64,000 nucleotides of DNA. Source: Anthoceros angustus (lineage: Eukaryota > Plantae > Anthocerotophyta). Of the stretch, positions 26,490 to 36,950 are shown piece by piece; the stretch's first letter is position 1, and each line of letters begins with the position of its first letter. The translations under genes and the position numbers were made by a program. The notes under the pieces are model-generated. The model was not told the origin of the DNA. It worked only from the letters and a program-made list of their open reading frames with translations, and made no database searches. The stretch covers positions 1,107,370 to 1,171,369 of the forward strand of contig MU008175.1 of the NCBI GenBank assembly GCA_010909165.1. Direction: 5' to 3'.

Positions 26490-26920
26490 TATTTGGTAAA
26501 CAAATAGTTGTCATACAGGGATGTGGTTATGAGAGTGAGGTAAGATAAAATAAATTCATAGTTGTCAAAGAAGGGGTGCAGTTATGAGGATGGGGTAAGA
26601 AGAGAGAGCTGTGGCTTCATGATAAAGCCATCTTTGCAAGTGTGGTATGGTCAAGATAAACAAATAGTGGTCCAAAAGGGGGTGTCGTCATGATCATGAG
26701 GGTGGAGTGAGAAAACAAAGATGCAAGGTGATAGTAGTCAAGATAAACAAATCGTTATAAAAAAGGGGGTATAATTATGAGGGTGGGGTGAAAGGGGAGA
26801 GATGCAGCTCCTTATTATAGTCCATGTTGCAAGTGCGTATGGGAATGATAAGAAAACAATTATGAGAGAGGGGGTCTAGGGCATGATAAGAAAACAGATG
26901 TGAGAGAGGGGGTCCGCTAA
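26490..26920. repeat. Degenerate purine-rich minisatellite
   Basis: Recurring caagataaacaaatag / aaaagggggt / ttatgagggtggggt / atgataagaaaaca...gagagagggggtc motifs. Confidence 0.5.
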
Positions 26921-27717
26921 AGTGGTGTTAAAACATGTTGCAATATGTTATTGAACTAAAGTATACATACTGAAAGATGGTTTCACGTTTTATAAGATGT
27001 GTGCTCTTCTCGCACAAACTTGACATGAAGCGTACGAAAATATTGCAATTTGGAAGTGTTACAGCAAATTGCAACTACGATTGTAACTTGACTACTAACC
27101 TTTTTCTAATAGGGACAACATGCATATCCATAGCATTGATCTGACAATCCTCCATCGAATTGGAATGTGGAGACAATTTAGACTGCACAACTTTGATCGT
27201 GTGTAGCATGGATAGCTCATTGAAGCTGCGGACATCGCCTATTCCATCCACGGTCACCGCTTTCTCGTTGAAGTGATCAAGATTTGCATCTGCCTTCTTT
27301 CTCAATCGTTGATTGTGTCTCCATGAGCATAGGGGAGGGGGCCAGAAAATGAGTTTGAAAACAGCGTAGCATGCTGCTAGGTTTTGTTCACTGGGTACCT
27401 CGGGAACGCCATCACACCATGGTGGACTAGGTAGACATAATTCTCGTGTTGTTGTCTGTCCGTTTCCTTGCATCTGTATATGCAGATAAGTGATGAACTG
27501 GAGCGTAGAGTAGGTCGAATCTTGTGGGGTGCGTAAGTCTGACGTGGGAAGAGACTGCCAGTTGGGCAAAGCACGGTACTACTATATGCACATCCTGCGA
27601 CGGGCCCTGCGAAGTGCGCCCTGCGAGCTCGAAGGAGGCAGGGACTTGGTGGCGGTGGTTGTTGATGTTGGTGAAGGCAGGAAGGCAGGAGGGCAGGAAG
27701 GCAGGAAGGGGCTGGAC

Positions 27718-30700
27718 ATGGCCAGCGGCGGGAGCGGCGTGCTGGTGGTGCCGCCATTCGACTGCGCGTGGCTCATGAGCGACGAGCTGCGGCTGGCGCA
27801 CGCAGGCCGCGGGTGCGTGGCGTTCGAAGCTCGGGCGGAGAACGACGTGACGGTGGTGTTCAAGGAGCACGCCGGGTGCAAGCACTACCGCACGGACACG
27901 GGGCCCAACTACACGGTGGTGCTGGGCAGCCACCGCAACCGCAGGCTCAAAATCGAGGTGGACGGGCGCGCCGTGGTGGACGTCCCGGGCTCCCTCCTCT
28001 GCCCCTCCCTCTTCGAGCGCTACTGGATCAGCGTGCACGACGGGCTCATCAGCGTGGGCAAGGGCGACCCCGGCAAGGGCGCCGTGCACCGCTGGCTGGA
28101 CGCGCACCCCAAGTGCAACCTCCGCTTCGTCGGCCTCAGCAGCTGGGACAAGCATGTGGCCTATCGCAACATCCGGGTGCTCCCCACCTCCTGCTCCCCG
28201 CCGCCCCGCCGCGCCCCGCCCCCACCACCTCGGCCTCTCCCAATTCTTGGACTCCCCGACCTCGCCGACGCCCGCTTCCTCGTCGGCGCCGCCGCCAGGT
28301 CGTCCTCTCCCACCGCGTTCTGCTCCACGCCTGCTCCCTCTCCCTGCTGCCGCTTTGGAGGACGCCATTGCGCTGCCGGATGTGGACTACCCCGTGCTGC
28401 GTGCTCTGCTCGAGTACATCTACGTCGGCCGAGCTAAGGTTTTGCTTTCCTTCCCCGATTCTGATTCTCATTCTGCTGGTGATGCCTAGCAGACTGAACC
28501 TCCTGCCGGCCCGCCTGCTGCCAGATCTCGGAGTCACAGGTCCCGCAGCTCCAGCGGCTGGCGCAGCAATTCGGCCCGCCTTCCCTGCTCCAATACTGCG
28601 AGCAGCGCCTGGCAGAGCATTCTTCTGATCCCTCCGACAGCCTCCTGCTGGAATTCACGTGTCCCGCTGCAGCAGAATGTGTGGACGATTCCTCCTCCTC
28701 CTGCGGGTGTCTCCGGGAACCGGCTGTTGCGGAGAAGCTGAGGGTTTTTCGAGAGGAGGATCACCTCTGCGACGTGGAGCTTTTGGTTGATGGTCACGGA
28801 AAGGTTGCTCAGGCTCACAAGTTGGTGTTGAGTGCCTGGAGCGCTCCCTTCGCTAAGGTTTGTTGTGTTGCATGCATGTGCTTTGAGAGTTCGCACGGTT
28901 TCGTGGCTGGATTCTCACCGTTATCTGACTTCAGATGTTCAACAACGGGATGGTCGAGAGCAACAAGGCCCAGGTTTCCATCAAGGACGTCACCCCTGCC
29001 CCGTTCAAGGCCATGATCGACTTTTTTTATACCGGCCAAGTGGATTTGGATGGGGCATTGCTTCTTCCCTTGTTGTCTCTGGCGGACCAGTTTGGGATTT
29101 CGGCCCTTCGACAAGAGTGTTGTGACCGGCTGCTGGAGTGCCTTACAGAGGTTAGTGTGCTACACCTTCTCTTGGCTGCATCGCTGGATCCTGGCAGGAC
29201 AGGGGCACAGGCGCTTCACGATGAATGCATCCTGCATCTGGCCAGCTGGCCATCCCAATTTATCTGAAAGCTTGCGCTCATAAACCCTGAAAATCCTCTC
29301 CGGGCGGCCTTTTTGTGACTCAGAAATGTCTAAACTGCCAAGCCTTGTCCCCTTGTCCCTGGCCTGGTTCTCGAGGCTGGGGACCGCAAGCCTTGCCTTT
29401 CTCGTAGAAGAACGTACTTGTGAGATGCTTAGAAGTACCCTTCCTGGTGTTATGCACAGGGATTATTGCATCACCAGCCTTCAGTAAACTTGCTGCACAC
29501 ACATATGCAGGACACTGGCTGCGGCTACTGTGATGCAACTTGTGGCGTTGTCTTTTGGTCCAGGAGACATAGGACCACTCTCCTTCTATGGATAAGTATT
29601 TGTATCAGGGGAGCCTCGTGCTACAGCTGACACGGACGTGTGCTACTTTGCAGGATTCTGTGACTGTTATTCTTCAGGTCGCAGCAGAGCTGCCTGGCTG
29701 TGATTCTCTGCGAGATGCATGTGAGGAATGTTTTGCCAAGCATTTTGATTACTGCACTGTACCACCTGCTCTGGAGTTTAAAGAGCTAGAAGGAGAGTGT
29801 CTGATGAGAATACTGCAGGTTCGTCTGCACTAAGCCCACCAAACAGCTTGCTGCGCTAAAAGTAGTAAGAGCCAATTCTTTGATCTAATGCGCTATCCGC
29901 TAGACCCTTAACAAGCGTCTCGTTAGCGGATTTTGTTCGCACAAGATTTCCTATAGTCTCTTCTGACATGCATCCTTTGTTTTCCGCTGTCGTTTTTTCA
30001 CAGCATCCAGATGTATGGGTATCATCTGAAGAAAGAGTCCTAGATGCTGTGTTGACGTGGGGAGCAAATAAGGATGGCATATGTGGTTGGGAAGATGCGT
30101 GTAGTTATCTGGAACTGCCCACAAACGATGGTCTTTTTCAAGGAAGATTGGAGGAATTGCAACTCATGCTTCAACTTGTGAGGTTTCCTTTGATGCCAGT
30201 GCAACTGCTTCAGAAGGTAGGCTTTTTTTGCTGAAAAGCTGTTGAATCAGTTTTCTAAAGCAAACTACAGTGTGCGTTGATGTTCCATTTAGTGATGGGC
30301 CTTGGACCCTAGGCAGTCGAATGACTGGTTGTGCTATGGGCAAAACTGCACGAGTGGTTACTTAGCATAGATCAGGGTGTTTAATTCTTCAATGTCCTGA
30401 TTGCAGTTGGAGTCAACCCATCTGAGCAAGTACTTACCAGTTATACATGAGTTGGTAAGTTGCTGACTGGCGCTATTGAGAATGACCTCCATGCTCTACA
30501 ATGTGACAATGCAGCTGAAACTCTAACTGATGCAGGTCAGTGAAGCCATAGATTATCTGGGACAAGACGCTTTAACTTCCATCCGGGAAAGGTAGGCACA
30601 CATTCTACCACCCTGTGGACAAGCCTGCACCTTCTGCTTGCTTTGTGCTTACGGGTCTCCACAACTCGTGCAGGGATGCATCGCACAAAGTGGATGTGAA

Positions 30701-31637
30701 AACGCAAGGCAGACTTGTGAAAATTCAGACGAGGAGCATACGATTTAATCGACGTCTTTCAGCCTACAAAGAGCTGATGTACATGAGTGATGGCGATCGC
30801 AATGGTGTGTTCTATTATGCAGGAACCTCTTATGGAATTCATTCCTGGATGAATCCTGCTGTTATCAAGGTTGGATGAATCAGATTGGAATCTTGTTTCG
30901 TGCAGCCAGTGGCAGCAATCATGAATGATGCCAGAGATGGATCCTTGTGCTGCAGACGATAACCGTAACAGCAAGCAGTCCACCATCTCGGTATACTGAT
31001 CCCAAGGCGCTGGTTTCAGGCAACTACCAGGTATGACGTTTACAGTTGTTGGGACCATATCTTAGCTGGTGTTCATGGGACTCACTTGGTTTGCACTATC
31101 AGGGGACATCGTTTGCCAGTCCATGCACGGTGAATGGAGTGACGTCAGCGTGGTGGAAGGTTGATCTTGGAGAGGATCATCAGGTGAGTTGGCTTCAACT
31201 GTTATCCCGAACAAAGTAGGCCCGGGCTCCTTTTCAATCCGGGTTTCGCTTACCATACGCTGCTTGCAGCTCATGTGCAACTACTACACGTTAAGGCAGG
31301 ACGGATCGACAAATTTTCCGCGATCATGGAGCTTACAGGTTAGCATGTGGCGAATTCAGAAAATTTCGTTGCGAGCAGGTACCCACTGTAAAAGTGCTTA
31401 CATGTTTCACATGAGCAGGGTTCCATGGACGGCTTGGTATGGACAGAGTTGAGGACTCATGAAGACGACCAGACAATCTGCCGCCCTGGTCAGTATGCGT
31501 CATGGCCAGTCTACGGTGCTGGAGCCTGCTTCCCATTCAGATGTTTCCGGATTGTGCTTACCGGGCCTACAAGGGGAATCTCACATTCCTGGAATCTGTG
31601 TCTATGTTATCTGGAGTTGTATGGTTACTTTCGGTAG
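27718..31637 (+). CDS. BTB/POZ protein, At2g30600-like (N-terminal methyltransferase-FA-like domain, two BTB, BACK, C-terminal galactose-binding-like domain); two -1 frameshifts in exon 1 as sequenced
   Basis: VPPFDCAW...AGRGCVAFEARAENDVTVVF...GSHRNRRLKIEVDG...VGLSSWDKHVAYRN; AHKLVLSAWSAPF; SSEERVLDAVLTWG; DGDRNGVFYYAGTSYG; CNYYTLRQDGS; WTELRTHEDD...LELYGYFR*. Start at 27718 chosen by homology. Confidence 0.9.
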
Positions 31638-32021
31638 CTCCGCTGCTTCGGAGCTTGTAATTGATTTGTACATTATAAGTAGATTAGTCACCTAATAGGT
31701 CATCAACCAGATTGCTCTGATTTTTTTGCTCGGACGGGTTGCGACGAGCTGTAGATTCATCATGGCTATGAAGCCGCATTTGCTTGGACTATTTTCTCGT
31801 CGGTTGACTTCACAACCTGAGAACGTCCTGGGATATACAGTCCACCTGTATCCGATACTCAAATAGTGCTCACTTCAGGAGTTTCGACGCTGTGAACCTG
31901 TCTATCGCTTAGTTGGTTCTCCATGTTTCCAAGCAGCTGGCATGATCGAAGCGCATCATATGGCTGGTAGCGGCCAGCAAAGGGCCGGCCCCTCACTCAT
32001 GCAAACCTTTAGCTGGTTTTC

Positions 32022-35000
32022 TTGCAAGCTATGGCTCTGCGGAGATCATCTGCTCTTCTAGGAAGAGGTCCCGCTCAATTAGCTTCAAGGAACCAAGCGC
32101 TTGCAAACAACGAAGCCGTGACCTGGGCGACCATCGTTCCTGGACTCCGCCGAGATAAGCAGAAGTTCCAGGAGGCGGCTCGTCTTGCTCCTACTTCCGA
32201 CTGGAGAGTGTTGGATGATGGTGACGCCCGCAGGCCTGCTGCCCACCAGAGGAGTACGACGGCTGATGCCGTAAGCACACTATGCAAGACGGGGCAGCTA
32301 GCGGAGGCCGTTGAGGCCCTGGGGGTTTTGGTGCTCACTGACTGTCAGATTGCGAAGTTTCTCTTCTACACAGTTGTAAAACAATGTGTGGCCGTTAAGG
32401 ATCTGTCTCTGGGTCGCCGTGTTCATGCTCTCACTGTGAAGAAGGGGTATGAGTCGGACACGTTCTTGGGCAACCACATTTTGCGAATGTATGCTTCCCA
32501 TGCCACGTTGCAGGAAGCCATGGATGTGTTCACCATGGTTGCCAAACCAGATGCCTTCACGTGGTCTGCCATAATTTCTGCTCATGTGCAACACGGACAG
32601 GATAAGCAGGCCATAGAACTATATGATCGGATGCGTAGGTCAAGTGTCAAGCCGGATGGCCATGTGTTCGTGGCAGCCCTCCAGGCTTGTGCGAGGGGAG
32701 CAGACTTGAAGTTTGGGCAGCAGGTGCATGCTGAGGTGCTGGCTGCTGGCGTGGAGCATGATTTGTTTGTCTCTAGTTGCCTGGTGGACATGTATGCGAA
32801 GTGTGGCAGCTTGGCAGATGCTCAGAGAGTGTTTGATGGGCTTTTTCAAAAAAATGTGGTGACATGGAGCACTATGATAGCAGGGTATTCCCAACAGGGG
32901 ATGGGGCAGGAAGCCCTTCATCTGTACAGGGCCATGCAACAAGAAGGCATTGTGGCCCCTGATAGTATGACATTCGTGTCCCTCCTGCAGGCTTGTGCAA
33001 GTGTGGGCGCCCCAGCGTTGGAAGAGGGAAGGCGCCTACACGCCCAAGTTAGAGAACGAGGCCATCAAGCGGATGTGTTTGTGGCCAACAGTCTGGTCAA
33101 CATGTATGCAAAGTGTGGCAGCCTCGAGGATGCTCGGGGTGTGTTCGACAGACTTGGTAAAAAAACCGTGGTGTCGTGGAATGCTATGATATCAGGATAC
33201 TCTCAGCAAGGCAGAGGGCAGGAAGCTCTTCATCTTTTCAGTGCAATGCAAGAAGAATGCGTGACTGGTCCAAACTCTGTGACGTTTGTGTGCCTCCTGC
33301 AGGCATGTGCAAGCATGGGCACTACTGCTTTGGAGAAGGGGAGGGAGCTTCATGCACACGCCAAAGAGCGAGGGCTTCAAGCTCATCTAGCTGTGGGCGG
33401 GAGCCTAGTAAACATGTACGCAAAGTGTGGCAGCTTAGAGGATGCTCGGGGTGTGTTTGATGGACTTAGTCAGAAGAATGTGGTGACCTGGAATGCCATG
33501 TTGGCAGGATACTCCCAGAAGGGCAGGGGGCATGAAGCCCTTGACATTTACAGAAGCATGCAAGAAGAAGGTGTGGTTGAACCCGATTCTGTGACATTTG
33601 TGACCCTCCTGCAGGCATGTGCAAGTGTGGGTACCCAGGCTTTGGAGAAGGGAAAGCAGCTCCATTCACACATTGAAGATCGAGGGTTTCAGGCAGATGT
33701 ATTTGTAGGCAACAGCTTGGTGAACATGTATGCAAAGTGTGGCAGCCTAGATGATGCTCAGGGTCTGTTTGACAGGCTTCCTCAGAAAGACGTGGTGACA
33801 TGGAATGCCATGATCGCAGGTTTCTCCCAGAAGGGAATGGGACTGGAAGCGTTTCATCTTTTCAATATTATGCAACAACAAGACGGGTCTGCTCCGAATT
33901 CTGTGACGTTTGTGTCCATCCTGCAGGCATGTGCAAGTATAGGCAACCAGGCGTTGGATAAAGGGAAGGAGCTTCATGCACAAATTAGACAACGAGGACT
34001 TGAAGCAGACATATTTGTAGCTAGCAGTTTGGTAGACATGTATGCAAAGTGTGGCAGCCTAGAGGATGCTCGCGGCATGTTTGACAGACTTGGAAACAAA
34101 AATGTTGTAACGTGGAGTGCCATGATAGCAGGATATTCCCAGCAGGGAATGGGACTCGAAGCCCTTGGTCTGTACAGGGCTATGCAAGATGAGGGCATCG
34201 TTGCACCCAATTCTGTGACTTTTGTATGCCTTCTTCATGCATGTGCAAGTGTGGCGGCTTTGAATGTTGGAAGGCAGATTCATGGACAGATAATAGATCA
34301 AGGGCTTCAAGATGATGTCAATGTAAGCAACAGTTTAATAAACATGTATGCAAAGTCAGGTAGCATGGTTGATGCACAGCAGGTGTTTGATGCGTTATCC
34401 GAAAGAGATGTTATCACCTGGGGTGGACTGATTGCAGGATACACCCGCCAAGGCAACAGTGAAAGGGTTTTTGACTTGGTCCTCAGGATGAAAGAGGAAA
34501 GCATAAAGCCAGATGGCATCACGTTCATCAGTGTTCTTACAGTATGCAGTCATACAGGTCTGGTGAACAAGGGGCAAAAGTACTTCGAAGATATGACCAG
34601 ACAGCATGGCATAAGTCCCACGGCAGACCACTATGCCTGCATGGTGGATCTCCTGGGTCGTGCAGGACAACTGGATGAGGCACTAGCTTTGGTAAGGACA
34701 ATGCCTGTAGTGCCTAATGCTGCAGTGTGGCACACTCTATTAGGTGCTTGTCGAAAGTGGGGCAACGTGGAGGTGGGATGCCATGCTTTCGAAGAAGCAG
34801 TCAAGCTAGACAAGCAAGATGCAGCAGCTTATGTGTTGATGTCAAATATATACCTAGATGCCCAGATGTGGGAGCAGGCACAGGAGACACAGGCGAGGAG
34901 GAGAGGACTTGGGGCATGGAAGCAGCCTGGTCAGAGCTGGTGGACAGACATGGAAGGATTTGTGCATAGTTTTTTGGTTGGGGATAAGAAGCATCTCGAG

Positions 35001-35087
35001 GCTGAAGAAGGGCTGAAACTGCTGTCTTCCAGAATGGGGATCGAAGAGTACGTTCCCCATCACGTAGCCGCCGGCAGAGGTACCTAA
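32022..35087 (+). CDS. PLS-class PPR protein (1021 aa), E1-E2 plus truncated WW-type DYW
   Basis: Single ORF with about seven PLS triplets; C-terminus AVWHTLLGACRKWG / AAAYVLMSNIY / WKQPGQSWWTDMEGFVHSFLVGD...YVPHHV; no HxE or CxxC. Confidence 0.95.
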   Translation: MQAMALRRSSALLGRGPAQLASRNQALANNEAVTWATIVPGLRRDKQKFQEAARLAPTSDWRVLDDGDARRPAAHQRSTTADAVSTLCKTGQLAEAVEALGVLVLTDCQIAKFLFYTVVKQCVAVKDLSLGRRVHALTVKKGYESDTFLGNHILRMYASHATLQEAMDVFTMVAKPDAFTWSAIISAHVQHGQDKQAIELYDRMRRSSVKPDGHVFVAALQACARGADLKFGQQVHAEVLAAGVEHDLFVSSCLVDMYAKCGSLADAQRVFDGLFQKNVVTWSTMIAGYSQQGMGQEALHLYRAMQQEGIVAPDSMTFVSLLQACASVGAPALEEGRRLHAQVRERGHQADVFVANSLVNMYAKCGSLEDARGVFDRLGKKTVVSWNAMISGYSQQGRGQEALHLFSAMQEECVTGPNSVTFVCLLQACASMGTTALEKGRELHAHAKERGLQAHLAVGGSLVNMYAKCGSLEDARGVFDGLSQKNVVTWNAMLAGYSQKGRGHEALDIYRSMQEEGVVEPDSVTFVTLLQACASVGTQALEKGKQLHSHIEDRGFQADVFVGNSLVNMYAKCGSLDDAQGLFDRLPQKDVVTWNAMIAGFSQKGMGLEAFHLFNIMQQQDGSAPNSVTFVSILQACASIGNQALDKGKELHAQIRQRGLEADIFVASSLVDMYAKCGSLEDARGMFDRLGNKNVVTWSAMIAGYSQQGMGLEALGLYRAMQDEGIVAPNSVTFVCLLHACASVAALNVGRQIHGQIIDQGLQDDVNVSNSLINMYAKSGSMVDAQQVFDALSERDVITWGGLIAGYTRQGNSERVFDLVLRMKEESIKPDGITFISVLTVCSHTGLVNKGQKYFEDMTRQHGISPTADHYACMVDLLGRAGQLDEALALVRTMPVVPNAAVWHTLLGACRKWGNVEVGCHAFEEAVKLDKQDAAAYVLMSNIYLDAQMWEQAQETQARRRGLGAWKQPGQSWWTDMEGFVHSFLVGDKKHLEAEEGLKLLSSRMGIEEYVPHHVAAGRGT

Positions 35088-36950
35088 CCATGGACGAAAG
35101 ATCAGACGGATTTGTGTGGAACAGCGAGAAACTGGCTGTTGCCAAATAAGACACAGAGGGGAGCCCGGACTGATTGTGAAAAATTTGGGGTTCTTGTTGA
35201 CTGCCACACGCACCTGCCACCATGTTCAGAGGATGAAGCGAACCGCGTACCGTTTGCAGGATGGATGTCCGGTATAAGCGCATGTGCCCAGGCATACTGG
35301 TACGAATCTTGCGGTTTGGCTGCCTGTAATGATATGGGATGCACTTTACTGAAGTTCAAACCCTCAGCTGATGGACCGATTATCCAGTTCATGCAGGTAG
35401 GTCGGTGTCTTGGTTGATGCCTCGAACTCAAAGGCGCCCGGCCTGCTCAAGGCTTGACGGATTTAGTCAAGAAGATGAGATGTGCCAGACATGGACACCT
35501 TTGACATCAGGAGACTCCCGTTTTGACATGGGCAAGTGTTGTACTCCAACGTTGAAGAGAGACAGCTTCAATGTTGGCGTTCACGTAGGCGGCAGCCACA
35601 CCTAGTGCGAAAACGATGATAGACGTGTTTATAGCACAAAGGGCCGACGGGTTTTTGAGGTTCATGATCACAGCTCGGCAAGAATCATGCATTGGGCTTC
35701 TGGAGTAGCGAGGAAAGGCAAACAAAATGCAGCCGGCATTATTAAAGACATGAAGTTGGGGGCATCAGAATTGAGTATGATTACTGAGCAGAGTTCTGCT
35801 TTTCAGCAGGGATGGGCAACGTCGTGGTGGCGACTCTGCGAGTCTTGATGAAGTGGGATGCTCGACAAAGCCGACAGAGACCGCTTGACAAGGGAGTTCA
35901 TCCTTTCCTCATTCTTAATCGCCATTTATTTGCTCTTTTTCTCACTGTCCAATGACCTGATTTGTATGTTCTCATTGTTTTCGTCCAGGGTTCCCTCAGC
36001 TAACTAGCCTGAAGCTGAAGCAGGGGAGACGTGATTATCATGGGTCATCCGATCTCGTATCTTCTCCATTCGTAAAATTTGGAATCGAAAAAAATAGGAA
36101 GTTGATAACTAGATAGGGAGTGTACAATACATATCACTTAATATTTACCAATATGCACTTCGAAAGTCCTACCACCACATACCTACCTAGTCTTCCATGG
36201 CCCGGCCAGGGCGGAGAGTTTGTAATTGCAGATTTTACCACGGTACTTATTGTTAGCAATTTGGCAACATTGGCAGATGAGAATTGAAACCTACCGGTGG
36301 TCTCATCTCATGTTCACGATGTCATCTCCTTCCTGATAGCAAAATGATCCCAAAACTGTCGTACATTGCGAACTGGACTTCCCACATGTTTCATACACAT
36401 TGGAGCAAAATTGCGGCAAGCAAAAATTTATGTGCGGTGGTGGCATCCGCTCTGTTCATCTTATTAATCTCTACATTGATCTCTCGTCGAATGATGAACC
36501 GCGGGCGGTGATCTGCCCTCGGGTGATGGATGCCTCAAATGAAATGCTTTAAAAGGCCAACATAGGAGATTTTGTTGTCAGCTTACGTGGTGTATCTGCG
36601 TCTAACGGATTACAAGGCACCAGAACATGGAAGTTGTTGTGCCGGGAATGTGCATTTTAGGCGATGGTTTTGGATAAGCCAGATGGTGGCAGATTTTGGA
36701 CACAAAAAGCAGAACAAGTTTGTGACAACGGCAACTGCCGAGATCTGTTGTTTGGGCAGTTTTTGGACACAATAAGAAGAGAAGAGATTTGTGAGAATAC
36801 GATCGTTTGGGGACAATTCCAGTTTCGGCGAAGAATCAGGAGCTATGACTTGTTGTGGTATCGCTGGCCTATGATGGTGTATCAGAGCAGGCTGCAGAGC
36901 ATGAAGACACTTTTCTGAGGCATGTAGATGTGACAGAAAACCAGAGCACA

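Noticed and set aside
35100-35700. Signal-peptide-like ORF fragment and downstream ORFs on the minus strand
   Set aside because: Frames do not join convincingly and no family motif is recognisable.
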